This document shows positions 22,168 through 34,682 of a stretch of 51,365 nt of DNA, piece after piece. The stretch is taken from positions 1 to 51,365 of the forward strand of contig JAVECO010000166.1 in assembly GCA_051942205.1 (NCBI GenBank), read 5' to 3'. The position numbers and the translations under genes were made by a program. Source of the DNA: Coniocarpon cinnabarinum (Eukaryota). Every line of letters starts with the position of its first letter. Position 1 is the first letter of the stretch. The notes beneath the pieces are model-generated. The model was not told the origin of the DNA. It made no database searches and saw nothing but the letters and a program-made list of their open reading frames with translations.

Positions 22168-25100
22168 GGAGGAGTCAGAGACAGAAGCTGAGCTTGTGGT
22201 GTGACGGGCGCCGATGGGTTTCACTGAACGCGGAGGAGCTCGGAGATGAAGGGAGAGTCCTGGTCAGCACTGCGGCAGTGTTGGCAGTCCGAGGTATTAG
22301 TGGAGAACTATGTGAGTTTGGCCAGCAAGAGCCTCTTTTTTTTGATATTCGTATGAAACTTTTTGGAAAGAAAACCGCACAATCGCTGTGTCAATCGCAA
22401 CAAACAAAAGTCCAATCCGGGTCGTCAAGGGTCGTGATCTGTACGTGGAGGGGACCGCCGGGGTTATACTGAGGAAAGCTGAAAAGATCGTAGGAGGTTC
22501 ATTTGATTACCGTTCGTAAGTTTGAAACACCCAATGAAGGGCTCAAAAAGAGGGAGTGAAGTTGAAGTGAACAAGTCCAGAGAGGACCAGGCAGGAGCGT
22601 CACCGTTCGATGGCGCTGTTGAGAGGAGCAGAGGCAATACCACGTGGTCTTGAGGCGTTTACAGAGGCCTCAAGACGGTGCGTGGCAGAGCCCAAGCTCA
22701 GAGGCCAAGACAGGTGTCTTGTGACTGGAAGCAGGCGCCAATGGGTCCAGGCACCGAGGTTCGACCTTCTTGGAGCGTTGGCCAAGCGAGATGCGTCGGT
22801 CGACGACCAGGAGTCAGGCAGAGAGGTATTCAGGGCGGTCAAGGGATGGAAACCAAGGGAGGAAGAGATGGCAGGCCGGGAGAGATGAAAGCTGTTGCGT
22901 AATCCAGCAGAGAGCCTGAGATGGGGGCCAGATGACCAGGAGCTAGCTACAGCCTCATGTGTACCATTGAGCGGGGAGGACCGATGCTGAGATAGGGGAG
23001 CGAGGAGGAATAGCGAGGAGGAAGAAGAGTGGTGGTGGGATGGCGAGTGTTTGGGGTGGTTGTCCTGATGGCCGGGAGCAGCAACAGGGAGGAATGTTTG
23101 AATGACCGAATGAGGCACCCAAAGGGGCAATCGAGGATGGGAGGCCGGAGGCGAGGGGAAGGAGCAGGTGAGCAAGAGGAGAGTCGTGAGGGGAACCGTT
23201 AGAACATCGTAAAGACACGTATCAATTAAGAGAGTGAGTGGGTGAGTAAGTAAAGAGAGGGAGGACGCGCGTGCAAGAGCGAGCAGCTGCTGTAGTGGTG
23301 GGCGAGGATGGGTTGAAGAAGGAGAGTGCGACGAGGGCGAGAGAGGGAGAAGATGAGAGAAGGGGTGTTATTTCGGGGTGGCAGAGCAGCGACGGTGGTT
23401 GGCTGAGGAGCTCGAGGGAGGGAGCGGACAGCGCAGGGGGCGATTGATGAGCTCTGCAGGTGTTGCGCTGGTGGGATGGGAATGGTGGATGTGCAGCAGA
23501 GGAGCGAGAGACCGCGCAGTCGAGTCGCCGCAGCTCGAGCAGAAGGGCGTGGAAGGTTGGGGGGAGCTCGAGCCGCCGAGGAGGGCGAGAGTCGAGAGAG
23601 AGCAGGGCAATGAGTCGTCACAACAGCACGTCGTCTTTCTTAGACTCTTAGGGGGCCAGACCGCCGGGCCACACCATCGACCGAATCAGCGATGAGCGGC
23701 GCCCGGCCTGCCAACAAGAGTCATCTGCCTGCGTAAGCGCTGCATGGGACGGAGTACGGAGTACAGTATGTGTGCCACTGTGCACGCGTGTCGCCGGCCC
23801 CCTCGACCCTTTCCTGGCACTGCACCTTCACCCCCCGTCTCAATGTTGCAACAGCAAACGCAAAGCTCGCCCGCCAAGCTCCAGTCCTTCAACGTGGCCC
23901 GAATGGCCCACACCACCCCGTCACCAGACCTCCCACACGCCTCCCCCCTTTGTGCGAGAAAAGTGCCTCGTCACCAGACTCACAAAGCCTCCAAGGCAGC
24001 ATCATTCAAGCCCGCCTTCACTGTCGTCATCAGCAATCGAGAGCTTTCCATGCCCACTTCTTGAATAACTCCCTGCCTTGTTTGTCTCGGCCGTTGTTCT
24101 GCTCTCCTTGTCTGATCATCCCATGATGACATGGGGCCCCCCTGAGTCACGCCATCCGTGACCCTGCCCCTCTGGAGCTCTTGCGCGACTCTGACACTGG
24201 TGGGGCCCGCCGGGCAAACTGGCACTGGCACTGGCACTGCCCTTGCCACTGCGGCGTCCCGTCCCACGATTACCTCCGTCCTGCCCCTCCTGCGCCCATG
24301 CAATTGAAGCGCTCTGTTGCACGTCAAACGCCCTCGTGAGACGGCTGCGACAGGCCTGTCTGGGCCCCCTGCCCAATTTTACTGGCGGTGCTCGTCGCAG
24401 GTCGATCCTCCCCACTGACCATGTTCCACCGCTTGGTCATGCATATCAACAGAGTATGTATCGCAAACGCTGGTCGGCAATGATCCAGCGTCGAAGAGTA
24501 TTGCATGTTCAAAAGCTCTCCTCAGGTGCTCTGTCGTACCTTGATCAAGGGTCTGTACCCTCCGCCACCTCGACTCCAGGCTTGCCGAATCTTCGGTTAA
24601 TCGGCAAAATCTGGAGCTCCACATCGGGTAACAATGCAGCTTGCCTGCTAGGTGAACTCTAACAAGTATTTCCCTCCGCAATCGCTTTTCATTGGTACGC
24701 GTTATCGTTGCGTCTTGAACTGTTCGTGCATCATAGCCGTATTCTGTGCTTTTGATGCACTTGACGCCACGCTTTCGCGATTTGAGTGGATGATAGAGGT
24801 GTTTAGAAGTAATTTTCGACGACTTTGTAGCGAGCGCTCCGCGAGAGGGTGCAGTGCTGGCCCATTGCGCCCTATCTTCGAAGCAAGACACACAAAACTT
24901 TTTGGAGCCGTCGAGGAGATCAGTAGCCGTACCTGCGTCTTCGCCGGGCATTCAGAAGCACACCACTCGAGGCCCAGACATGCAGGTTGCAGTAGCTCAC
25001 ATGACCCTTGCAGTAGTGCCTACCGAAGCGGCCGGCTGCGCTGTTCTGCGCTGTCGCTTGGTGCATTCTGCTAGCATTGCGACCCTGAAGGATTCAGAGC

Positions 25101-25361
25101 GAGAAAATTGCTTTTGTTTATAAACAACGCAGCGCTCAGTATGCAACGACACAAGTTGCGGTGTACTGACCGCCTCTTTTTCGAATACGCCAACGAAACT
25201 GTCTTTTCGTAGCGCAACGACGTCTGAGAAGCCGAGATATCGGTTGCAAACTCAAAATATGATGTGCGAGAACCCTTCGACGGATGCCACGGGACGTCGG
25301 GCTCGCTCTATGTTCTTCTTCTTTCCTCTCTGATTAGTGTTAGAATTGTGCGAACACACGG

Positions 25362-25784
25362 TCACCTCGCTTTCTTGCTTAATCTGAGCACAAGAATTAA
25401 TAGCGTGATGTAAGCTGCCAAACTCAAGGCGGTAACAGTAACCACGACGTTTCCGCTCGTCCTGAATTTCTTTCTTGATAATCCATCCTCTCCGACTTCG
25501 CTGAAGAATTGCTTGTTTCCTTGTTGGCGACGAAAAAGACTGACCAGATATACCACCGTGCCATATACAGCAAAGAGCGCACCGATGCTGTAGAATTCCT
25601 TGCTAAATATTTTCAATACGATCAAGGCAAAGCCGAATTGGCCCATCGCAGTCCTGACATAGGCGCCTTCGAACGTTCGCTGTGCTGCGCGGATTTCAAC
25701 CAGCTCGTCCGTAGTCAGGTCCACGGAACGGGCGCGGTGCAAGCGTAGGTGGTAGCGGTCCTGGACATGACGTCCTTCAAACAT
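25362..25784 (-). CDS. DUF202 (YidH-like) small membrane protein
   Basis: ELVEIRAAQRTFEGAYVRTA..QF.FAL..LKIF followed by hydrophobic segments and FRTSG; first in-frame ATG at 25784. Confidence 0.8.
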   Translation of the reverse strand: MFEGRHVQDRYHLRLHRARSVDLTTDELVEIRAAQRTFEGAYVRTAMGQFGFALIVLKIFSKEFYSIGALFAVYGTVVYLVSLFRRQQGNKQFFSEVGEDGLSRKKFRTSGNVVVTVTALSLAAYITLLILVLRLSKKAR

Positions 25785-26297
25785 TCTGATGATCGATATA
25801 TGAGTAGAGGAGCAACGGCAGACAGGCGAACGAAGCTCTGATTTGGTGATCGATCGTCTCCGTTGCGTGCGCGTCAAGTTCAGTGAATTTTGGTCTTGAA
25901 TCTATACATGCTAGAGAGGAAGATGCGTTCAGGCCGGTAGTGCCTGCACTATCGCTGCTAATACTTCACTTCACCGCGGACATTTTTATGAAACTATTTC
26001 AAATGACTGATGAGAACATTCTGATCATATGCAAAATCTTAGGTCGTGCAATTGACACATCTAAGATCTCGTGATTTCTGGGGAGCAAAAGCTCTTGGCA
26101 CGCTAAGCTTCTGTTCGGCACTTCCCCGATGAACTGGAGCAAACCCCTTTGACGACGGGCATTTGATGACCAGTCTAGGACATCATTCCATTCGAATAAG
26201 GGGCCGTGAAGCATAATGCGGATTGAATCGGGAGCAGATCAAGCGCGCATCCACGCTTGTCTCAGCGCAAGCACCGAAATTATCCTCTTGCGCAGTG

Positions 26298-26846
26298 TCA
26301 TCTCCTCTTTTTTTCTCCACCGTTGATGTCTTCAACTTTCCGCACTCCTAGCCCCGACAAGAAACAAATTCTCGCTAGCATGCCGGCGTAGACTATGCCC
26401 ACATTTCCCCATGCCATCTTGTTCCAGCTCCCCATATCATAGTAGACGGCCGAACCAAGACTCCGGACGCTCCACAAGTGACCGAGATCGGCAATCAGCA
26501 TGCCAGTAAGGACAGCGCGCCAGACTCTCGAGTCTACGATTCGCCACTCCATACCCCACATTGTGGCAACCTTAGTTGCTCCTGGGTGTGCTTGGGCTGC
26601 CATGCGGAGAACGACGAATTCATTGAATGCAAAGAGCAGGTAGAGATTGGACAGTTGTTTCAAAACGATATCCACGGAGGGAGGTAGGCGATCTGGCAAG
26701 AAGTTGAAGGGCGCACCGGGAAACGTCAAATTTAGATAAGATGACGGATAGAAATATGCGTAGTACGCACCAGCAAGAGCTGTGAGGGGCTCGAGGGAGA
26801 GGAAGAGCAGACAGTAGATGCGAGAGATGGAGGCTTGCTGTTGCAT
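26298..26846 (-). CDS. Conserved fungal multi-pass membrane protein of unknown function
   Basis: FL..EP....GAY, QL.NLYLL.A.NE..VLR, VW...L...LIADLGHL, W..M.WGNVG pattern seen in fungal hypothetical membrane proteins; ATG at 26846. Confidence 0.75.
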   Translation of the reverse strand: MQQQASISRIYCLLFLSLEPLTALAGAYYAYFYPSSYLNLTFPGAPFNFLPDRLPPSVDIVLKQLSNLYLLFAFNEFVVLRMAAQAHPGATKVATMWGMEWRIVDSRVWRAVLTGMLIADLGHLWSVRSLGSAVYYDMGSWNKMAWGNVGIVYAGMLARICFLSGLGVRKVEDINGGEKKRR

Positions 26847-27225
26847 TCTGAAAGTACTTTCAAAATCTCCTACCGCTTTGGATTGATGACACCTTGGATG
26901 AAGTGCGAAGCGTTGATGCTGTCGCACAGGATCTCACACTTCTTGCCCAAGAATGATTATTTTGACAAGCAGTCCTTAGATATTAGGCAGCAAGTGTATC
27001 ACTCAGGGCTTTTCTCTTGTTGGCAATGCAGCAACTACTCCGGGTACTTTGAAGAGCATTGCTTCGGATAGAACTTTCCAGGAAAGATGCAAGTACAAGA
27101 CCTGCAGACTTCACTCCGGCCGTGGGATGACCTCTATTCAGCTTGGCAATGCCACGTTTGTCCTGTGCTGGTAATTTTCATTGCTTCTAACTTCAGACTG
27201 AATGAGTGCACACGAACTAAACTCT

Positions 27226-27857
27226 CTAATCCTCTTCCTCATCGTCCTGCTCTCCGACGACGTTGTAGAATCGCAATTCGTAGTATCCGCGGCTCTTGCT
27301 CACTACTCGCAGCCAATCTCTCAGCTGCTGCTTCTTGAGATACTTCTTGGTGAGGTACTTGAGGTAGCGGCCGCTGAACTCCTGGTGCGCAATGACCTCA
27401 ATCTTGCCGTCTGCTTTTTGAGAAATCTGGATGGTCTCGCCGAGGTTGCCCGTGCGTCCCTCAACTTTGATTCGATCATGAAGGAATTTCTCGAATGCGG
27501 AGACGTCGAAGATTTTGTCTGAGGATGGCTGGGAAGCATCGATAGTGAACTGAATGAATTGTCAGCTTTGATGACTTCATTCGCAAGCTATAGAAGCATA
27601 GCGCAGTGGCAACGCGGTGCACTTCTATGCTGTCGAGAAGACACTTTGGGAGCTTACCTTCTTCGTAATCTTGCCCTTGCCTTTTTGTTGATTGCCTTTG
27701 AGTGCCTTGCCGGCGTGGCGTTTCTGTAATGAAAGATGTCTCAGCCTACTGCTTTATAATCGAACACGCTCCAGCCTCTGAAGAACAGACAAGGCGGAGC
27801 GCAAGCAGCAAAGCGATGAGATTGCAGGTGACGACAACATACTGTGCCTTGAGCCAT
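27226..27857 (-). CDS. RPL22: 60S ribosomal protein eL22; exons 27843-27857, 27658-27723, 27226-27549
   Basis: Spliced product MAQGT-KRHAGK..KITKK-FTIDASQPSSDKIFDVSAFEKFLHDRIKVEGRTGNLG..RYLKYLTKKYLKKQQLRDWLRVV..YELRFYNVV..EEED; not in the ORF track because the long exon lacks a start. Confidence 0.96.
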
Positions 27858-28157
27858 GACGACGACTTTCTTATGGTCGCAAAGAAATGGATATCCTGCG
27901 CCTCAATCTGAAGTTAATTGGAGTCAATGGATTTCGCAATATTCACTGGTGCAGTGTGGGCTAGCACGTAAAACGCTTCAGATGTAATCATCATGAATTG
28001 CCTAATATGGCCAAGACTTCTGTGCAACGACTTTCTAGCATCGCAAACATAGGCATCTACGGCAGCCTTTACTTCAACTAGAAAGGTGGTCTTACGCTGA
28101 CTGAATTCTCGAGCGACAGGGACAGGCCCAGGGCATTCTGAAAGAATATACAACAAT

Positions 28158-29234
28158 ATGTCGTCCTCTGTTGCCAAACACCTCGTCGATCCCATGGTCT
28201 GGGACGGCCTGCAGGCCAAGATCCAAGATGACACAGCAACCAAGGATCAATTACGTGATATTGTCCAGGAGCTAGAGAAACGAGGTTGGCTGACTCGAAT
28301 TACTGTTTTGCAGTGTCGACCATGCCCTAATGATTGCGACCTCCAGTGAAAAAATGTGTTTCCGCTCTTAGCAATGCTCACGCCACAAGTGACGGTAATA
28401 CTATGATGCTCAACACACTATGATCATCGAGACAAACTAATCCTATGAAGTTGAGACATCCATTGCCGGAATCGAGGAGAACCTGCTGCCTCCTGTTGTC
28501 GATCAAATTGGCAAGCTGAGCGAAGTTGCCTCGCAGCATCCGTACTACAAATTCAACAATTTGTGGTTACGCAGCATGCAAGATGCGGTAAGCTGGGTAT
28601 GACTTGTCATATTGAATAGTTTCTGATCTCGCATAGATTTATGCTATCATTTTCTGTGCCTGGAACGGCGGCTTTAATAAGGCTGAGGGTACGCTGTTGC
28701 AAATCGAAGAGGTTGGACAAATTATGAAAAGTGTGTGCTCCTGAGACTGGGTCTGAAATGCACTAGTCAAGCTGATATACTTTCTGCAGTTCCTGTGAAT
28801 GTCAAAGACAGGGATACGTTTCATCTCACCATCGAAGAATATTTGCACGCATTGGTGTCCCTGATTGACGAGCTTGTCAGTCTGAAGTAGTCAAGTCTAG
28901 CAGAAGTCGTGCTGACTCCCTAGCCACGCTTGTCCCGGAATTCAGTAACTCTGAGTAACTATGCTCGGCCACTCCTGATCAGCCAGTTCGTGAAAGACCT
29001 CCATGCGGGGTTTCAACTGCTCAACTTGAAAAATGACGCGCTCCGAAAACGTAGCGATGGTGAGTAGCTGCTACAAAACTTTGCTAATATTGAACTTACA
29101 TTTGAACTCTTGCTCATATGCTTTTTGCGACAGGAATTAAGTACAAAGTCCGCGACGTCGAAGAAGTGGTGTACGATCTTTCTCTTCGAGGCCTACTTCC
29201 AAAGCAGGATGGGCACGTTGAAACAGATCAATGA
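28158..29234 (+). CDS. TSN1: Translin; exons 28158-28284, 28347-28394, 28451-28587, 28637-28730, 28790-28875, 28924-29059, 29134-29234
   Basis: HPYYKFN..W, FHLTIEEYL.AL.SL.DEL.RL.RNSVTL, F.KDLHAGFQLLNLKND.LRKR.DGIKY.V..VEEVVYDLSLRGL; six canonical introns. Confidence 0.93.
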
Positions 29235-29344
29235 AAGGACAATTGCAGAAGCAACCTTCACAATGTACAACGGTAGAGATAAGAAAAACGATCAGCTCAC
29301 CAAAGTTCTCTTGCAAAATGAGCCTGGTATCCACACTCTCAAGA

Positions 29345-30640
29345 CTATTGAACCAAGCGACGAGACCGACGCCGCGTTCCTTGGGCTATATCCTCGATAT
29401 CATGTACATCAGGTATGTCCCTTATCTGATTGTCTGAGCTGAGCTCCTCGGCCTTTACTGGCTCTTCCACTGTGTCGGTCCGAACTTCTTCTTTCACTAT
29501 TTTGTTCCCCCCATTGTCCTCAGTCTTGATTGTCTCTTTCTTGAGTCGCTTTTTCACGTCCTTTGCTACGACAGCTGACGGACACAGACCTTGTTGCCCC
29601 AGGCGACATTCGTTGCACTTTCGACCTACTGGTGGACACCAAGTCTGTCCGAAGCCTACGAGGAGGTGGTTAATGTCATGCCATTTTTCGCGAGGAAGCC
29701 AGGACTCTAGCATCGCCCTTGTTTCCTCCGGATTGGCGGTCTTGTGCCATCCCCAAAGGTTGGTGATGCGATGTACATGCACATCGACGCCAATGCCTTC
29801 ATCTCGACCCCATGCGGCGCTCATGCAGAGATAAGCCATCTTCGGGCCTACCCCAGGAAGTGCGACAAGACCGTCGATCGAGTCAGGTATATCTCCTCCA
29901 TGTTGCTCAGCTAGGATCTCCACTACCTTTTTGATGTATGCCGTTTTGTTATTGTGGAATCCGACCTTGATAATGAGGTTGTTCAATGTAGCTGGCTCGA
30001 CCTTTCGCATCGACTCGAGCGTGAACCCTCCAGGCAGGCCCTCTTGCAGATTTTTCATTGCCACAGCTGTCACTGTGTCTTTCGTTTGCGAGCTCAGCAT
30101 CAACGCTATTAGTGTCTGAAAGCGTCTCTCTTTTGGCGATCGCTTGTCTTCGGCAAGGCTCTCACACCCCATTGTATCCACTGGCGCTGGCCACATGGAT
30201 CGCATCTCTTTTGTTAAGCTGTACACATGCTCCCAATTCGGTGGGGGCTCCATCGTCACCGCTCCATCCTCGCCTTTGATCTTCTTCGCAGGTTGCCGTC
30301 TAGCTTTCTTAGGTGTTACGTGCGTGCCGGCCTTCCGTGGTGAGACTCTTGTCTGTGCCTGTATACTGACTTCGCCGCCAGGCTCAGGTATTAGTGCGGG
30401 GTCTGGCTCTTGTTCATTGCGCTTGCGTTTTCGCGTGGAGCTTGAAATTGAAGAGACGGCGATCTTGTGATCTGCCGCTGGCGTTTGGTGAGGACTGGAT
30501 GGGCCTTGATCGGGACCCTCAGCTTTCAACTCTGCAATGGACTCGTCCGTGATCCGCTTTGCATTGCGCAGTACTTTACGTGGACTCGATAGTGCTTCAA
30601 CGACCTGTGCGGTTTGGCGGGCGATTCTTGAGCTCCTCAT
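29345..30640 (-). CDS. NTH1: Endonuclease III-like DNA glycosylase/AP lyase
   Basis: APVDTMGC, LMLSSQTKD, VGFHNNK, HhH LPGVGPKMA (catalytic Lys), IGVDVHVHRI (catalytic Asp), 4Fe-4S-type CPPVGRKCNEC..LC. Confidence 0.95.
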   Translation of the reverse strand: MRSSRIARQTAQVVEALSSPRKVLRNAKRITDESIAELKAEGPDQGPSSPHQTPAADHKIAVSSISSSTRKRKRNEQEPDPALIPEPGGEVSIQAQTRVSPRKAGTHVTPKKARRQPAKKIKGEDGAVTMEPPPNWEHVYSLTKEMRSMWPAPVDTMGCESLAEDKRSPKERRFQTLIALMLSSQTKDTVTAVAMKNLQEGLPGGFTLESMRKVEPATLNNLIIKVGFHNNKTAYIKKVVEILAEQHGGDIPDSIDGLVALPGVGPKMAYLCMSAAWGRDEGIGVDVHVHRITNLWGWHKTANPEETRAMLESWLPREKWHDINHLLVGFGQTWCPPVGRKCNECRLGQQGLCPSAVVAKDVKKRLKKETIKTEDNGGNKIVKEEVRTDTVEEPVKAEELSSDNQIRDIPDVHDIEDIAQGTRRRSRRLVQ

Positions 30641-30942
30641 CGTTTCGAAGAGTCGTTAAGAGTTGAACAAACTATTTATATGCAATCGCCACTTCGTGCG
30701 GCATAACACGCAGAATAGCGAAGTCGACTGGAGCGACAGAATGTAGAGACGAATGCGCAGGCGTCAGAAAAGGGGCAGGGGTCAGCATTGATGCTCTTGG
30801 CATTGCACAGTGCGCCTATACTCTGAACAAACGAATGCCTTCACCTGTTCTGATCGTCGGGCAAGCGGCATCGCAGCAGAACTTGCTGTCCAGTGACTAT
30901 TTGCATCGTTGATCCAAGTAGGAGTCCTCATGACTTCTCACT

Positions 30943-33138
30943 ATGGCTCCGACAGTTATTTCGACGTTTGCAACGACCCAACTTGACCTTCTGGATTATG
31001 AACTTCAAGCAGAACTTGAGGAAACTGCAGAGCTCTCGAGCCAGCATGCACCCGCTAGTCTCCAGCGCGCTGGCCTTGCCGTTTTGAATCTCCACGTGAG
31101 CAATCAACGGACTGGATTCGGTGGAAAGACCGTCGTAGAGCTCGAACATGATCCTGCTGTAGGCTTGTCTGAGTTGCCAGAGCATGGCTTTCGCGCCGGC
31201 GATATTGTTGGAATCAGAGAGCAAGTCGGTGGCGCTGCGAAGAGGAGGGAAAAATCAGAAGCTGAGAAGAAAGGAGTGGACGGTGTTGTTGTCAAAAGCA
31301 CCTCAACTACGTTATCTATTGCGCTGGACAAAGATGAAGCGGACATGCCTGGCGGGAAGTTATGGATGTGAGCTGGAGCTGCGCCACGACCAAGAGATGG
31401 AGGCTGACCTTGTGTCAGCATGAAGCTTGCTAACGAGGCGACGCATAAGCGGTCAGTATTTCGCAGAGCGGAAGGGTCCTCCTCGCTAATATCGAACAGA
31501 ATGGTACATGTTCAGAAAAAGCTTCAGAATCAAACTGAATCTCAGACAAGTAATTTCGTGCGCGTCCTCTTCGGCCAAAGCTCGCCTACTCCCGTTCCTC
31601 TCGAAGAGGAGCAGTTGTCAGAAGCTGTCGGTCAGATTGAGTGGATTGGAGAACATTTGAACGCCTCACAGAAGAGCGCAATCAAGTTCGCGCTTGCCAG
31701 TCCTGAAATTGCTCTCATACATGGCCCACCTGGTACTGGAAAGACGCATACGTTGATCGAACTCATAATACAACTGCTCAGACCAGAGCGACAGCGATCC
31801 GCCGGCAAGCCTGCGAAGCTGCTGGTATGTGGGCCTTCAAACATCTCTGTCGACAATGTAGTTGAGCGTTTGGCTGCCTATAAAATTCCAATGGTACGAT
31901 TAGGTCACCCAGCTCGCCTTTTACCATCCGTCCTGAACCATTCCTTGGACGTCCTCACCAAGACATCAGATGCAGCAACTCTAGTCCAAGACATACGGAA
32001 AGAATTAGATGCCAAACAGGCTAGCATTTCGAAGACGCGAAGTGGTCGTGAACGGAAAGCCATCTATGGTGAAATGCGCGAATTGCGGAACGAATACCGA
32101 GATAGAGAGCGCAGGTGTGTTGATGAGCTGATTAGGACCAGTAGCGTTGTGTTAGCCACTTTGCATGGCTCTGGAGGCTACCAACTCAAAGAAGCGGATT
32201 TTGACGTGGTCATCATCGACGAAGCCAGTCAGGCATTGGAAGCACAATGTTGGATACCACTGCTGTCCGCGAAGAAGGCGATCCTTGCTGGCGACCATCT
32301 CCAACTTCCGCCGACTATTAAATCGCTCAACTCAAAATCCCAAAAGCAGCCAAAGCAGCGCGCAGAGCGGACCAGCGAAGCAAATAACGCAAGCAAGATA
32401 CCAAACTTGACTTTGGAAACAACACTGTTTGATCGACTGCTCAAGCTTCACGGTCCGGCAATCAAGCGCATGCTCACGACACAATATCGCATGCACGAAG
32501 CCATCATGGCATTTCCTTCGGCCGCGCTGTATGATTCCGAGCTCGAGGCAGCAGACTCAGTGAAAATTCGATTGCTGAAAGACCTCAAAGGCGGCGTTAC
32601 GGAGACGGAAGACACAGGCGTGCCCTTGGTGTTCTACGATACACAAGGCGGCGACTTTCCTGAACGAGCAGAGGACGAAGACCTTGGTTCCAAAAAGAAA
32701 CGATCACTGACAGCAGAAAGCAAGAGTAACGAGAACGAAGCAGGCATCGTGCGGAAGCATGTCGCAAGTTTGATCAAAGCCGGCGTCCGTGCCGATGACA
32801 TTGCTGTCATAACCCCTTACAATGCGCAGCTTTCGATTCTGGGTTCTTTGTTGAAGGAGACTTATCCTGACCTTGAGCTCGGCAGTGTTGATGGCTTCCA
32901 GGGCCGCGAGAAGGAGGCTATCGTACTCGGCCTTGTTCGAAGCAACGCAGAAGGCGAAGTGGGCTTCCTTGGTGAGAAGAGGCGCCTCAATGTAGCGATG
33001 ACCCGACCTCGTCGGCATCTGTGTGTTGTTGGGGACAGCGAGACTATAAGCAAGGGTAGCAAGTTCCTGAAGTCCTGGATGCAACACTTGGAAGAGCACG
33101 CAGATCTGCGATATCCAGATCCCAGCGAACTCAACTAG
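30943..33138 (+). CDS. HCS1: Hcs1/IGHMBP2-type SF1B helicase; exons 30943-31367, 31419-31451, 31500-33138
   Basis: RTGFGGKTV, LN.SQ..A, IHGPPGTGKT, SNISVDN, IIDEASQALE, AGDHLQLPPTI, QYRMH, ITPYNAQ, VDGFQGREKEA, RRLNVAMTR. Confidence 0.93.
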
Positions 33139-33705
33139 TCCGATGTTGAACATCTCTCACGTCTTGATTTGCCGCAATCTGAGTGTAAGTCATGGCGGTT
33201 GCGCTAGAACGGGATGACCGAAACTACAGTAGCTCCTGGGCAGGACTTAACGTATTTACACCTCTTACGGCTTGAGCCGCTCGGCAAGTACCGACAATGA
33301 TCTGTCAGGTACTCGTCTTAAAAGCTCGAATCAGAAAGACAGGTCTTTGAGCATCGTCATATCCATGATGGATCATTCTACACCAGACCATCTCATGTCT
33401 ATTACCGGTTCACCTCTGACCAGGTGTACAGTCCGCCGTATTGACGGCCAGTATAGGAGGGTTCTGTCATTTGATTTGTAGTGGAACGTTTGAAGCGCAC
33501 TGAAGGCACCTAGGAGAGTTTCGCATTTGCGGAAGAACCAGTAACTCCATCTCCTTCTCCACTAACTACTTGACAACGAACGTCATGGTGGTTCACTTGG
33601 TCATGGCGTAGTCGAATATATAAGATCGCTCCATGCCCACAGGCATTGGTTTAAGGTCTTCAACAAGCCAACTCACACGAGACAACCCATCCATCGAGCA
33701 TAAAC

Positions 33706-34552
33706 ATGGCTACCTATCTCATCACCGGCTGCTCGCAGGGACTCGGACTCGCCATTGTTGAGCATCTAGCTACGCTGCCCTCCAGCGCTGTTTCCCTCAT
33801 CATTGCCACAAGTCGCAGTCCAGCACCAAACGAAGCTCTTCAAAGCGCTATCAAGAAGTGCTCTGGTCGCGCGCAACATCTCGAGCTTGATATTGAATCT
33901 GACGCCAGCGTGAACGCTGCGGCTGAGAAGACCAAAACCATCCTAGGCGATCGCGGTCTGGATGTCCTCCTTAACAACGCTGGTCTCATGGCCAACACGG
34001 TGGGTCTTTCCCTTCTTGTTTGCATCCACGGTCTCCACCCACTTCAAAGACACTGACACCTTCCAGATTTCTCCGTTCATGGGCGACGCCACGTTGGCGA
34101 TGCTGACCTCCTGCTTCGATGTCAACGTTCTCGGCACTCACCGCATGATCAACGCCTTGCTGCCCCTCTGCCGACGTTCTGTTACCAAGAAGATCATCAA
34201 CGTGACTAGCACGCAAGGCTCAATGACGCTAGCGTTCCAACCGCCTCATCTCTGGGCCCACGCGCCTGACTACAAGGTCAGCAAGGCGGCGCTGAACATG
34301 CTTTCGGTGCAGTGGGGCAAGTCGCTCGCTGAAGAGGGCTTCTGTGTCTTGTCCGTCAGTCCTGGGTGGTTGCAGACGGAACTGGGAACTTTTCGAGGGC
34401 AGATGAAAGTGACTCCGGATTTGACAGCTGCGCAGGGGGCGCAGGCTACGGTGGACATTATTGAAAAGGCCACGAAGGCGGATAATGCGACGTTCAGGAA
34501 CATCAAGATTGAGGGATCTGAGCGGTACCGTGGTGAGATTGTGGGATGGTGA
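33706..34552 (+). CDS. Short-chain dehydrogenase/reductase (CsgA/sniffer-like); exons 33706-33999, 34067-34552
   Basis: YLITGCSQGLG Rossmann motif, LLNNAG, Y.VSKAALNML catalytic YxxxK, SPGWLQTELG; intron 34000-34066. Confidence 0.92.
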
Positions 34553-34682
34553 GGTGGTCATGCTTGTGTCGATGCTGAAAGCTTGAAGCTTTGGTGAGAG
34601 TATGGTGTACGGCTATCTCTGCCACATGGGCTAAGTCTTGCCGTATCATCGTCACAAGACCAGCGCATGGATGGAGAATCAA

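Noticed and set aside
22600..25123. Many overlapping 60-190-aa ORFs
   Set aside because: Arise from GC-rich, stop-poor promoter DNA; no family motifs or consistent splice model; includes a trivial (ACTGGC)n tract near 24218-24240
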